From Myxococcota bacterium (GTDB lineage Bacteria > Myxococcota_A > UBA796 > UBA2385), in assembly GCA_044344255.1 (NCBI GenBank), contig JBIJDH010000001.1:288001-352000 (forward strand): a stretch of DNA of 64,000 nucleotides, read 5' to 3'. The position numbers and the translations under genes were made by a program. Below are positions 27,502 to 37,770 of the stretch, in pieces (position 1 is the stretch's first letter; the number at the start of each line of letters is the position of its first letter). The notes under the pieces are model-generated. The model was not told the origin of the DNA and made no database searches. It was given only the letters and a program-made list of their open reading frames with translations.

Positions 27502-27889
27502 AGTAGTCCACCTCGTCGCGGAAGAGGAAGTTGAAGGTGGTGAGCGAGCCGTAGGACCGCGTGACGTAGCCCTGGAGCTCCGCCTTGTCGGACTCGGAGA
27601 GCCCGGGGTGGTTGTTGAGCTTCTGCTCCAACACCCGCAGCTTCTCGCGGATCGCCGTCACCTTGCGGAAGACGGTGTCGATCGGCACCTGCTTGACCGT
27701 GCGCCCCTCGCCGTCCACAAAGTCGACCCGCCCCTCGACGAGCCGCTTGTGCATGCGGATGCGGTCACCCCCCGCCTCTTCGGCGAGGGCCTGCTTCACG
27801 GCGTCGGTGACGAGGTCGTACAGCTCGTCGTGCTCGATGGACTCGTGCTCGATGGACTCGTGCTCGATGGACTCGTGCTCGACCGACAT
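27482..27889 (-). CDS. Conserved hypothetical protein with N-terminal EHESI repeats
   Basis: KLRVLEQKLNNHP...YGSLTTFNFLF; 2 nt downstream of the phosphatase. Confidence 0.75.
   Translation of the reverse strand: MSVEHESIEHESIEHESIEHDELYDLVTDAVKQALAEEAGGDRIRMHKRLVEGRVDFVDGEGRTVKQVPIDTVFRKVTAIREKLRVLEQKLNNHPGLSESDKAELQGYVTRSYGSLTTFNFLFRDEVDYFKGAGG
27828..27882 (+). repeat. 15-bp tandem repeat x3.7
   Basis: tcgtgctcgatggac. Confidence 0.9.
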
Positions 27890-27891
27890 CG

Positions 27892-28653
27892 TCAGTCCAC
27901 CCGGACGCGGACGACGATGACGGTGACGTTGTCCTCGGTGCCGTCGGCGATCGAGCGCTGCACCAGCTCTTCGGCGAGGTCGTCGGCCGGCGTGTCGCGG
28001 CAGATGCGGGCGAGGGCGGCGTCGTCGAGGGAGTCGGTGAGGCCGTCCGAGCAGAGCACGAAGAGGTCACCGGGCTGCACGGGGCGGGTGGCGGTGTCGG
28101 GCTCGACCGGCCCGTGGTAGCCCACCGACTGGGTGAGGATGTTCTTGTGCGGCACGATGCGGGCGAGCTCGGGCGTGAGGCGCCCAGCGTCGATCTCCTG
28201 CTGCACCACCGTGTGATCGCGGGTGAGGCGCTGGATCCGCCCGCCCCGGTACAGGTAGATGCGGCTGTCGCCGACGTGGCCGAGGTGGGCGACGTCGTTC
28301 TCGATGAGGAGGACGGCGAGGGTGGTGCCCATGCCGGCGTGGATCGGGTTCGACATCGCCGCCTTGCGGATGCGCAGGCTGGCCTGGTTCATCGCGTAGC
28401 GGAGCCGCTCCCGGATGGCGTCGTCGTTCTCGACCGTGGCGCGCTCGAGGCGGGTCTCGTCGGGGTCCTGGCTGTCCAGGAGGACGTCGCGGATGGCCTC
28501 GACCGCGAGGGCGCTCGCCACCTCGCCGCTGGCGTGCCCCCCCATGCCATCGGCGACCACGAAGAGTCCGGCGTCGACGTCTACGAGGAAGGCGTCCTCG
28601 TTGTTCTCGCGCACGGGACCCGGATCGGTGCGTGCGTGGGCTTCCAAGCGCAT
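27892..28653 (-). CDS. PP2C-family Ser/Thr phosphatase (PrpC/Stp1-like)
   Basis: RENNED, VADGMGGH, MGTT, HVGDSR, LCSDGL, EDNVT. Confidence 0.95.
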   Translation of the reverse strand: MRLEAHARTDPGPVRENNEDAFLVDVDAGLFVVADGMGGHASGEVASALAVEAIRDVLLDSQDPDETRLERATVENDDAIRERLRYAMNQASLRIRKAAMSNPIHAGMGTTLAVLLIENDVAHLGHVGDSRIYLYRGGRIQRLTRDHTVVQQEIDAGRLTPELARIVPHKNILTQSVGYHGPVEPDTATRPVQPGDLFVLCSDGLTDSLDDAALARICRDTPADDLAEELVQRSIADGTEDNVTVIVVRVRVD

Positions 28654-28827
28654 GAGAGATTCACCTACCCAAGCTCACGCGGCGGCGAGCTCAGCAGCGG
28701 ACGGCGTTGGTTCAGGGGGCGCTCGGGGAGGGTCGCTGGTGCGGCCCCGAACGGCGGATCGGGAGGGGTAGGATAAGCGGGACAGGCGTGGCAGTATAGA
28801 TCAGATGATGCAAGGCGCGCGGCACCC

Positions 28828-31800
28828 ATGATCGGAATCCCCTCGGCTGGAGAGTACGTCGGGCGCTGGTGCGTCCAGGGCGAGCTCGGTCGCGGCGGGA
28901 TGGCCGTCGTGCTCGACGTCATCGACGAGGCCAACGGAGAGACCGCGGCGCTCAAGCTGATGCTCCCCGGGGCGCCGAACGAGGAGATCACGCGGCGGTT
29001 TCGGCGCGAGTTCCGGGCGCTGCACCGGCTCGATCACCCGAACGTGCTCCACGTCTTCGAGACCGGCACCTACGACGACCGGCCCTACTTCGTCATGGAG
29101 CGCGTGGGTGGGCAGTGCCTCCGCGACCAGGTCGAGGAGTGGCGAGAGCTCGCCCCCGCAGAGCGCTTCCGCCGCGCCGAGAGCGTGCTCATCCAGGTGG
29201 CGCGCGCGCTCGAGTATGTGCACGCCCACGGCCTCGTTCACCGCGACGTCACGCCGGCGAACGTGATGCTCGAGCCCGACGGTCGGGCCCGCCTGATGGA
29301 CTTCGGGGTGGTCAAGGAGCCCGGCTGCGAGCTCACGAGCGTGGGTGAGGTGGTGGGCACCGTCGCCTACATCGCCCCCGAGCAGATCCAAGGCGGCAAG
29401 GTCGACGCCCGGGCTGACCTCTACTCCCTCGGCGCCGTCCTCTACCTGATGCTCACCGGGCGCCGGCCCTTCAACGCGCGCACGCTCGCCGGCTACATGG
29501 AGAAGCACCTCCACCGCCCCGTCCGGCCGCCCCGCGAGCTCACCCCCACCGTCCCGCCCGAGCTCGACGAGATCTGCGTCCGCCTGCTCGCGAAGGACCC
29601 CGCGGACCGCTTCGCCAGCGCCACCCACCTGCTCCACGCCCTCGGCGCGGCCGGCGACGAGGGCCCACCCCTGGGCCACCCCGCCTGGGCCCCGCCCCTG
29701 GTCGGGCGCACGGCCGAGCTGGCGCAGATCCACGAGGCCATCGCCCGGGTCACGGGCCAGGGCGCCGAGGAGGAGCCGGGCCGCGATCGCCGCGCCGGGG
29801 GCTTGCTCATCATCGAGGGCAACCCCGGCACCGGCGGCGCCCGCCTCACCGATGAGCTCGCCGCCGAAGCGCGCACGCAGGGCACCCCGCTCTCCCGCTC
29901 CCACAACCAGACCCCCACCCAGCTCGCCTTCTCGGGCTACCGCCCCCTCTACGAAGACCTCGTCCGCGGCGGCGTCGCGCAGCCGGCCTTGCTGCTCCAG
30001 GGGGTCTTCGGCGCGCCAGGGGCGATCCCCAAGCCGGAGCGCGCCGAGCGCTGGGCGGTGATGGCCGCGATGGCCGAGCTCATCCGCGAGGGCGGGCCCA
30101 GGGTCATCATCCTCGAGGCCCTCGATCGCGCCGACCGCGGCACCGTCGAGCTCACCGAGTACCTCGTCCGCAACCTCGTGGGCATCGGCGGCGCGCCGCT
30201 CCTCTTCGCCATCACGCGGCAGGAGCCCGCAGACTTCGATCCCCTGCGCGGCCTCGTCTCCGGCGAGTCCACCGGGGTCATCCCCGAGCGCATCGTGCTC
30301 GGCCCGCTCTCCCCCTCCGCCACCGAGGAGCTGGTGTTGCACGTCGTCGCCGACGGCGCCGCCGCCCGGGCCCTGGCGAAGCGCCTCCACAAGGAGGGCG
30401 AAGGGAGCCCCTTCTTCATCGTCGAGATGCTGCGGGCCCTCCACCAGGAGGGGGTGATCGGGCCTCGGCCCGTTCGCGGTCCGGCCGAGCTCACGGTGGA
30501 CGAGGACGAGGTCGATCACCTCACCCTGCCCGTGCCCTCCTCCTTGAAGGCGGCGATCGTCGAGCGGCTGCTGCCCCTCCGCGCGGAGGCTCGCCAGGTG
30601 GCAGAGGTGCTGGCGATCTCCCGCCAGGAGCTCGACCTCACGAGCTTGATGACCATCACCCACCTCTCCGAGGAAGAGGCCCTCACCGCCATCGACGCCC
30701 TCCTGGCCGCTGAGCTGGCCCTCGAGCGCGTGGTCGGCTCCACCGAGTGTTACGAGCTCGCCCGAAACCGCGTGCGGGACGTGCTCGTCGCCGAGATGGC
30801 CCCTGCCCTCCGGGCCGACCTCCACCGCCGGGTGGGGTCCCACCTCGAGCGCCAGTTCCGCCACAACCCGACCGCCATCGTCGAGACCCTGGCCTGGCAC
30901 TTCGAGCAGGGTGACCGCCCGGCCAAGGCCTACCCCTACCTCGTGCGGGCCGCCGAGAAGCTCGCCACCCGCACCTTCGTCGCCGAGGCCCTCGCCTGCC
31001 TCGACCGCGCCCAGGGCATCGAGCCCGAGGCCCGCGAGTACCTCACCCTCGACGACGCCGACCGCCGCCTCGCCGAGCTCAAGCTCCAGCGCGCCCAAGC
31101 CCTCGTGCACCTCGGCGCCTGGGCGGAGGGGGAGGCCGAGGCCCAGGCCGCGCACGCGCTCGCCGTCGAGCTGCAAGACGAGCGCGTCCAGACCCGCACC
31201 TTCACCGAGCTCGCCCTGCTGGCCCGCCGCCTCCGCCGCCTCGACGAGGCCGAGGGGCTGCTCCGCAAGGCGATCGCGCTCGCCGAGGGCATCGGCGACA
31301 AGCGGCTCCAGGTGGTGCCGCTCTACGAGCTCGGCGCCGTCCAGTGGGCCCGCGGCGACCTCGAGGCCGCGCGTGACTTCTTTGTCCAGGCCCTCGCCAG
31401 CGCCGAGGCCTACCAGGAAGAGCGCAGCCTCGCCCTCGGCTACAACGGCCTCGGCCTCGTCGCCCTCTGCAAGGGCCAGAGCGCCGAGGCCCGCCGCTAC
31501 TTCGAGCAGGCGATCGAGGTCTCGGAGAAGCACGGCCTGATGGACCGCCTCACGGTGGCCCGCACCAACCTCGCCGAGGTCTTCCACCTCACCGGCAACA
31601 TCCGCAAGGGCCTCGAGCTGGCCGACCACGCCATCACCCACGCCCGCGAGGTCGATCACCTCTACGGCATGGGCCTCGGCCTCCGCTATCGGGCCATGCT
31701 GCTCACCGACCTCGGCCGCCTGCCAGAGGCGATCGAGAACGCCGAGGAGGCGGTGCGCATCCAGCGCCAGCTCGACAACCCCGAGGACACGCTCACCGCC

Positions 31801-32310
31801 CTCGTGATGCTGCTCCGGGCCGTGCTCTCGGCCGGCGAGGTCGATCGGGCCTTGCAGCTCATGGACGAGGCCGCCCCGCTCCTCGCCGCCTTCGACTCCG
31901 AGGGCTTCGCCCCGCTGGTGCACGCCTGGCGGGCGCGCATCGCCGCCGCCACCGGCAACCCCGTCGGCGCCCGCGAGGCCCTGGCCCGCGCCACCGCGGC
32001 GATCGGCCGGAGCTGGCCCTACCAGCAGTGCCGACTGCTGCTCAACCTCTCCCGGGTCCACGCCCTGCTCGGCGAGCCCAGCGTGGCCCTGTCACAAGCC
32101 GAGGAGGCCCTCCGCCTCGCGGACGCCAGCGGCTACCGCCTCTACGCGATGCGCGCCCGCCTCGCCGCCGCCCAGCTCTCCCCGGACGAGGCCAGCGCCG
32201 CCCGGCACGCCCGGGTGGCCGACGCGCTCGTCAAGTCGTTGGCCGCCAACCTCCCCCGCGAGGACGCCGAGCTCTTCATCAGCACCCACAGCCCGGCCCC
32301 GCGGGACTAA
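28828..32310 (+). CDS. Ser/Thr kinase + degenerate STAND/AAA + TPR protein
   Basis: GRGGMA, ALK, HRDVTPAN, DFG, APE; LVGR..E, GNPGTGGA, GSPFF; C-terminal TPRs. Confidence 0.92.
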   Translation: MIGIPSAGEYVGRWCVQGELGRGGMAVVLDVIDEANGETAALKLMLPGAPNEEITRRFRREFRALHRLDHPNVLHVFETGTYDDRPYFVMERVGGQCLRDQVEEWRELAPAERFRRAESVLIQVARALEYVHAHGLVHRDVTPANVMLEPDGRARLMDFGVVKEPGCELTSVGEVVGTVAYIAPEQIQGGKVDARADLYSLGAVLYLMLTGRRPFNARTLAGYMEKHLHRPVRPPRELTPTVPPELDEICVRLLAKDPADRFASATHLLHALGAAGDEGPPLGHPAWAPPLVGRTAELAQIHEAIARVTGQGAEEEPGRDRRAGGLLIIEGNPGTGGARLTDELAAEARTQGTPLSRSHNQTPTQLAFSGYRPLYEDLVRGGVAQPALLLQGVFGAPGAIPKPERAERWAVMAAMAELIREGGPRVIILEALDRADRGTVELTEYLVRNLVGIGGAPLLFAITRQEPADFDPLRGLVSGESTGVIPERIVLGPLSPSATEELVLHVVADGAAARALAKRLHKEGEGSPFFIVEMLRALHQEGVIGPRPVRGPAELTVDEDEVDHLTLPVPSSLKAAIVERLLPLRAEARQVAEVLAISRQELDLTSLMTITHLSEEEALTAIDALLAAELALERVVGSTECYELARNRVRDVLVAEMAPALRADLHRRVGSHLERQFRHNPTAIVETLAWHFEQGDRPAKAYPYLVRAAEKLATRTFVAEALACLDRAQGIEPEAREYLTLDDADRRLAELKLQRAQALVHLGAWAEGEAEAQAAHALAVELQDERVQTRTFTELALLARRLRRLDEAEGLLRKAIALAEGIGDKRLQVVPLYELGAVQWARGDLEAARDFFVQALASAEAYQEERSLALGYNGLGLVALCKGQSAEARRYFEQAIEVSEKHGLMDRLTVARTNLAEVFHLTGNIRKGLELADHAITHAREVDHLYGMGLGLRYRAMLLTDLGRLPEAIENAEEAVRIQRQLDNPEDTLTALVMLLRAVLSAGEVDRALQLMDEAAPLLAAFDSEGFAPLVHAWRARIAAATGNPVGAREALARATAAIGRSWPYQQCRLLLNLSRVHALLGEPSVALSQAEEALRLADASGYRLYAMRARLAAAQLSPDEASAARHARVADALVKSLAANLPREDAELFISTHSPAPRD

Positions 32311-32380
32311 TCTGCGCCGCACCCCGCCCTGCGCCATCGAAGCGTCGACGCCCGGGCGGGTCAGCGGCTAAGCTCCCACG

Positions 32381-33400
32381 ATGGCCCCAGTCCCCTCGCC
32401 CGCCTCCCCTCGCCTCCCCCGCCCCGCGCTCCCCTGGCTGCTCGCCGCGCTCTTCGCTTGCAGTGGCGGAGACAAGGGCGACGGCAGCGACGGGGCCGGC
32501 GCCGATGGCACGGACGGCACCGATGGCGCCGACGGAGGGGCGGACACCGGCCCCGCCCCCTCCATCGAGGGCGCCTGCCCGATGGAGACCCACCAGGGTG
32601 GCTTCATCATCGAGGCCTACGACGACTACTCGATCGTCGACGGCGCCTTCCGCGACGGCGTCATCCCCAACACCGTGCTGCAGCCCATCGGCCAGGAGGG
32701 TGACTGTACGCTGCTCCAGCGGATCAACCCCTTCTGCGATCCGCCCTGCGCCGCGAGCGAGACCTGCTCCGTCGAGGCCGAGTGCATCCCCTTCCCGTCG
32801 GGCCAGGATCTCGGCACGGTGATGGTGACGGGGCTCGCCGTGCAGGTGGAGATGGCGCCCGTCCAGCCGGGCTACCACTACTTCTCCCTCTCGCTGCCCT
32901 ACCCGGGCTTCGAGCCCGGGGCCCCCATCCGCCTCCAGAGCACCGGCGGCAGCTACGAGCCCGTGCTGCTCGACAGCGTGGGGGTCGAGCCGCTCACGCT
33001 CGGCGAGCTCCAGTGGACCGTCACCGCCGGGCAGGCGCTGCCGATCACCTGGGGGGCCCCGACGGTCTCCACCCCGGCGACGGTGGAGCTCGAGATCACC
33101 ATCGATCAGCACGGCACATCGCCCTTCGTGCTCCAATGCAGCTTCGCCGACGATGGGGCGGGGGAGGTGCCCGCCGCCCTGCTCGACACCCTCGTCTCCC
33201 ACGGCGTCTCGGGCTTCCCCAACGGCTCGCTCGAGCGTCGTGTCGCCGACTCCGCCTCGATCGGCGGCGGCTGCATCGACCTGCGCCTCGCCACCCCCCG
33301 ACTCCCCGACGTGCGGGTGGCCGGCTTCACCGCTTGCGACGAAGACACCGACTGCCCCGAGGGCCTCGAGTGTAACGAAGCCATCGAGCTGTGCGAGTGA
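32381..33400 (+). CDS. Cys-rich lipoprotein
   Basis: LFAC lipobox, DG-rich linker, Cys clusters. Confidence 0.7.
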   Translation: MAPVPSPASPRLPRPALPWLLAALFACSGGDKGDGSDGAGADGTDGTDGADGGADTGPAPSIEGACPMETHQGGFIIEAYDDYSIVDGAFRDGVIPNTVLQPIGQEGDCTLLQRINPFCDPPCAASETCSVEAECIPFPSGQDLGTVMVTGLAVQVEMAPVQPGYHYFSLSLPYPGFEPGAPIRLQSTGGSYEPVLLDSVGVEPLTLGELQWTVTAGQALPITWGAPTVSTPATVELEITIDQHGTSPFVLQCSFADDGAGEVPAALLDTLVSHGVSGFPNGSLERRVADSASIGGGCIDLRLATPRLPDVRVAGFTACDEDTDCPEGLECNEAIELCE

Positions 33401-33447
33401 GCGCCGCGATGGACACCCCCCAAAGACCCCGCTTCGAGGGACCTCAG

Positions 33448-35025
33448 ATGACACGCTCCACCTCGCACATCTCCCTCCTCTCGCTCCTCGGCCTGGCCCT
33501 GCTCGGAGGCAGCCAGGGCTGCGGCGGGAAGGACGGAGGCGGAGGGCGCAACGGGCAGCTCGACGGCGGGGGCGGAGACTCCGGTGAGCCGAACACCGAC
33601 AGCGGCGGCGCCGACGGCACAGACGGCGGAGACTCCGGCGGGGCCGACACCGGCGGCAGCGACGGCGGCGACACCGGCGACACCGGCGTGCCGCTCGACT
33701 GCTCCGAGCTCCCTGCTGTGCCGATGGACTTCACCGCCATCGAGTCCATGCCCCAGTCCGAAGACTTCGCCTTCGACCTCGAGGGGCGGATGGTCAACGC
33801 CGACCCCCACGGCAACCTCATCGCCACCACGCTGGACGGCACCAAGACCATCCTCGTGCCGGGCATCGGCTACTCGGCGGGCATCGCCTTCCTGCCCGAC
33901 GGCGACGTCGTGATGAACGCGGTCGATGAGGGGGCGCTCAAGCGCATCTCGATCACCGCCGGCTCGGAGACCTTGCTCACCGGCGGCCTCGCCTATCCAA
34001 ACGGCCTCGGCGTCGACCTCGACGGCTTCGCCTACGTCGCCGAGAACGCCGGCAACCGGGTGCGGCGGATCGACACCACGACCGGCGAGTACCAGATCAT
34101 CTCCGACGACGTGATGTACCCGAACGGGGTCAGCTTCAGCCCCGACTACAGCTCCGTCTACATCGGCAGCTTCGGCGGCGGCGTGGTCTACGAGCTCAAG
34201 CAGGACGACGAGGGCTCCTGGCGCACCCGTATCAAGGCCCACGTCCCTCCCACCTCCGTGCCCGACACCTGCGAAGGCCGCGCCGAGGAGGAGGACTGCT
34301 TCCTCTCGACCGGCGGCCTCGGGACCTGCGAAGACGATGGGACGGGCGTCGTCACCTGCCAGCCCGGCCTCCGCGACACGCTGGCCTGCGACGGGAGCGA
34401 GGTCAACGACCCCTGCACCACCGATCGACTCGGCACCACCCACGAGAGCGTCTGCACCGTCCGCTCCTCCACAGGGGAGCTGTTCTGCCCGGCCCAGGAG
34501 GCCGACGACCTCCTCGCTTGTGAGGGGATGATCGACTACGCCGCCTGCAACACGGGCGGCGTGGCCGGCACCTGCTACCCCACCTGGGAGGGCGTGCTCA
34601 CCTGCGTCACGAACGAGGACATGACCGACGCGGCGCTCACCTGCGAGGGGATGGAGGCCGGTGACGAGTGTCTGTACGCCCTCAACTACAGCCCGATGCA
34701 GGGGGTCTGCGCCGACGCCGGGCCCCGCCTCATCTGCCAGCCAAGCTACGGCGGCGGCGGCGGGCTCGACGGCATCAACACCGATGGCTGCGGCAGCATC
34801 TACGTCACCGAGTACACGGCGGGCAACATCTGGCGTATCCCGGCCGACGGCGGTGAGGTCGATCTCGCCGCGCATGTGCCTGCGAGCTGGATCCCCAACA
34901 TGCACTTCGGCTACGGCGTAGGCGGCTTCGAGCGCGACGTGCTCTATGTGATGAACTACGACCGCGGCGGCCTCTTCGCCCTCGAGACGACGGTCGCCGG
35001 CAAGCCCGAGCCCTACATGCCCTGA
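33448..35025 (+). CDS. SMP-30/gluconolactonase-like beta-propeller lipoprotein with Cys-rich insert
   Basis: SEDFAFD, YPNG x2, LDGINTDGCG, WIPNMHFG; SQGC lipobox. Confidence 0.8.
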   Translation: MTRSTSHISLLSLLGLALLGGSQGCGGKDGGGGRNGQLDGGGGDSGEPNTDSGGADGTDGGDSGGADTGGSDGGDTGDTGVPLDCSELPAVPMDFTAIESMPQSEDFAFDLEGRMVNADPHGNLIATTLDGTKTILVPGIGYSAGIAFLPDGDVVMNAVDEGALKRISITAGSETLLTGGLAYPNGLGVDLDGFAYVAENAGNRVRRIDTTTGEYQIISDDVMYPNGVSFSPDYSSVYIGSFGGGVVYELKQDDEGSWRTRIKAHVPPTSVPDTCEGRAEEEDCFLSTGGLGTCEDDGTGVVTCQPGLRDTLACDGSEVNDPCTTDRLGTTHESVCTVRSSTGELFCPAQEADDLLACEGMIDYAACNTGGVAGTCYPTWEGVLTCVTNEDMTDAALTCEGMEAGDECLYALNYSPMQGVCADAGPRLICQPSYGGGGGLDGINTDGCGSIYVTEYTAGNIWRIPADGGEVDLAAHVPASWIPNMHFGYGVGGFERDVLYVMNYDRGGLFALETTVAGKPEPYMP

Positions 35026-35048
35026 GCGCGCGCAGGGGCGCCGACCCG

Positions 35049-37709
35049 TCAGTCCTCGATGGACAGAGAGGGAGAGGGAGAGCTCCAGCCATCCCCGGCC
35101 CGATCGACCCGGATCGCGGCCGTCATCGCCCAGGGCGCGGTCCCCGGGTAGACCGGCGCCATCGGCGTGGCCCCCCGGGCGACGACGACGTAGGCGGCGT
35201 CCACGGCTCCGTCGAGGGCGAAGCGGAGGTCATCGGTGGGGGCGCGGGTGTCGACCACGACCCCGTCCTTGTAGAGGTCCACGGCGTCGATCACCACGAA
35301 GCTCGGGTGATGGAGCGCCACCGTGAGGGTGGGCTCCCCCGTGAACAGACCGCCCGGCGCCCAGGATCCGTCTATGGTGGCGTCGATGTAGGGGCCGCGG
35401 CTGACGACCGTGGCGTGGGCGGCCATCGAGGAGACCAGCAGCGTGTCGGTCAGCAGGCTCGGATCGTCGACCCCGGCGCGGAGGTAGGTGACGCTGTCGC
35501 CCTGGCCATCGGTGTAGTCGTGGCTGTCGCTCACGCCCACCGGCGTGGGCAGCAGGCCGCGGTTGACGAGGTCGAGGTAGGCCGCGAAGTAGGCCTCGTA
35601 GCTCCCGGAGTTGAGCACCTCCATGGCGTCGAAGTCTGCAGACCAGTGGTCGGCCTTCTTCACCGTGCCCGTCTCCGTGTCATAGGCCGCCTGCCCGAGC
35701 ATGCCGGAGTTGCCGACAGGGTGATTGATCTGGATGATCCCCGGCTCGCCGTAGAGGCGGTCCCGCATGACCTCGAAGAGCTCGGGCGTGGTCCAGGCGT
35801 TCTCCCACCACAAGGGGGCCCCGTTGTTCGGCCCGTCGTCGCTCAACGTGAGCGGGTAGAGGTTGAAGTGGCCGCGCAGAACGGGGCTCACCTCGTCGGC
35901 GACGATGGTGTGGAGCGTCCCCTCGAGGCCGAGCGGGCCGAGGAGCGGCCGGTAGTCGGCGACGTGGTCGTGGTCGGTGCCGAAGTGCACCTCCACACCG
36001 ACGGCCGCGGTCATCACGAGGCGCTCCTCCATCGGCACGCTGGCGTCGCTCGAGGGGGAGGCGTGGATGTGGGGGTCGAGCACGAGCACCCCCTCGGGGG
36101 CCACGACCTGCGCGAGCTCTGCCATCAGCCACTGCTGCTCCCCGCTCCCGATCGTGACCGCCGCGGTGAAGGGCTCGTACCGGAGGCCTCGGTGGACGGT
36201 CACCGTGTAGTCGCCGGGCTCGAGTGAGATCGCGCCCTGGCCGCTGCGCACATAGCAGAGGGCCGCGCTCCCCCCGGGCCGCCCCGGCACGATTCGAGGA
36301 TCGACGGCGGCCGGGTCCCCCGCGGCGAAGTCGACCCGCACCACCGCGGGCAGGCCGTCCCCCACCTCCACGACGAGGGCGCCCGGCGCGGTGAGGGAGA
36401 GGGCGGTGCTGGCCGAGGCGGGGGCGGACGCGCCCACGCCGAAGCCCTCCGCAAAGTCGATGGGCAGCGCCCCGTCTTGGATGGCCGCGAGGGCCTCGGC
36501 CTTCACCCCCGCCGCGGCGTAGGGGCCGAACCAGGGCGCGCCCGCGGGGAGCTCGACCGAGATCCCGGTGCCGCGGCCGCTCGGCGCCGCCGTGAAGCTG
36601 CGTCCGGCCGGGACCTGGGCCGACCAGCCCCCGAGGGCGTCAGTCCGGGCTTGGGTCCACGGCTGGCCCTCCTCGTCGAAGAGCGTGACCCGCGCGCCGG
36701 AGACCGCCTGCCCGCCTCCATCGGTGACGGTGCCGCCCGCCGCCGTCCCCGCCTCCCCGCGGGCCGCGAGCCAGGCGTCGCTGAGGGTGGCGAGGTCGGG
36801 GCCCACCCCGAAGGCGCGCCGAAAGGTGAAGGGCGCGCCGGCGGTGAGGGGGATCCCGCTTTGCAAGCCGGTGATCACGGGGCCGATCGCGCCGAGGAGG
36901 TCTTGGACCACCGAGCCCGTCCACGGCTCGTCCAGCGACATCAGCGCGAAGGCCCCCTCGCCGTGGTTGCCCACCACCCCGATCCAGGTGCCGGCCGCCG
37001 CCGCGTCTTCGTCGTAGCCCTGCCCGGGCGCCCAGCGGGCCGCGCCGTCGAGCGACATGAGACCGATGTCGCCGACGTCGGCGACGGTGTCCTCGTCCGC
37101 CCAGTCCACCGTCGTCTCGACGAGCAGGAGCGGGCTCCCCGGCGCGAGGGTGTAGGTCGTGGTGACGGTCATCTCCCGCTCGGCCACCATCTCCGGCGCC
37201 TCGAGCGCCCCCGTGACCAGCGCCATCGGCGCGGCGTGGCCCACCACCTCGACGATCGCGGCGCCGCCGTCGGTGCCGTCGCCGAGCACGGTGATCGCGT
37301 CCGGCGCCACGATGCGGCCGAGGCCCACCATCACCGCCAGCTCATCGACGACGTCCCGGCCGGGCTGGCCCTCGGGGCGCACGACGTCGGCGTCAATGAG
37401 GCCGCCCCCCTGGCGGATGTAGTAGTCCCCGTCGCGCAGGCCCTGTACGACGAAGGCCGCGCGGTCGTTGTAGAGCTTGACGTCGCCGGCCCGCCCCTCG
37501 GCGGCGATGCCCCCAAAGAGGGCCGCCTCGTCGGTCACGAAGCCCGCCCGCGCGGTGAGCGCGTCGAGCCGCTCGGTGAGGTCAGGCGCCTCTGGCTCGG
37601 GCGCGGGAGCGCCCTTCGACGGCTCCTCCGAGCGGCACGCGAGGCCGAGGAGGCCGAAGAGGCCGAGGAGCGACAGCGAGCGAGGGCGGACAGCAGAGGG
37701 GGCGCGCAT
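35049..37709 (-). CDS. CehA/McbA-like PHP metallohydrolase lipoprotein
   Basis: GLAC lipobox; DPHIHA, TDHD, GHFN, INHP, SDSH. Confidence 0.85.
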   Translation of the reverse strand: MRAPSAVRPRSLSLLGLFGLLGLACRSEEPSKGAPAPEPEAPDLTERLDALTARAGFVTDEAALFGGIAAEGRAGDVKLYNDRAAFVVQGLRDGDYYIRQGGGLIDADVVRPEGQPGRDVVDELAVMVGLGRIVAPDAITVLGDGTDGGAAIVEVVGHAAPMALVTGALEAPEMVAEREMTVTTTYTLAPGSPLLLVETTVDWADEDTVADVGDIGLMSLDGAARWAPGQGYDEDAAAAGTWIGVVGNHGEGAFALMSLDEPWTGSVVQDLLGAIGPVITGLQSGIPLTAGAPFTFRRAFGVGPDLATLSDAWLAARGEAGTAAGGTVTDGGGQAVSGARVTLFDEEGQPWTQARTDALGGWSAQVPAGRSFTAAPSGRGTGISVELPAGAPWFGPYAAAGVKAEALAAIQDGALPIDFAEGFGVGASAPASASTALSLTAPGALVVEVGDGLPAVVRVDFAAGDPAAVDPRIVPGRPGGSAALCYVRSGQGAISLEPGDYTVTVHRGLRYEPFTAAVTIGSGEQQWLMAELAQVVAPEGVLVLDPHIHASPSSDASVPMEERLVMTAAVGVEVHFGTDHDHVADYRPLLGPLGLEGTLHTIVADEVSPVLRGHFNLYPLTLSDDGPNNGAPLWWENAWTTPELFEVMRDRLYGEPGIIQINHPVGNSGMLGQAAYDTETGTVKKADHWSADFDAMEVLNSGSYEAYFAAYLDLVNRGLLPTPVGVSDSHDYTDGQGDSVTYLRAGVDDPSLLTDTLLVSSMAAHATVVSRGPYIDATIDGSWAPGGLFTGEPTLTVALHHPSFVVIDAVDLYKDGVVVDTRAPTDDLRFALDGAVDAAYVVVARGATPMAPVYPGTAPWAMTAAIRVDRAGDGWSSPSPSLSIED

Positions 37710-37770
37710 CCGGCGAGGATACGCCGAGTCGGGGCGGCCCGCCGGGATAGGGGCGCCGCCGGAGGTTCAA

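Noticed and set aside
28801..32061. Long antisense/alternate-frame ORFs (also 20106-23084, 1980-3962, 48267-50333, 59332-61341 and others)
   Set aside because: Shadow ORFs expected in high-GC DNA opposite motif-supported genes
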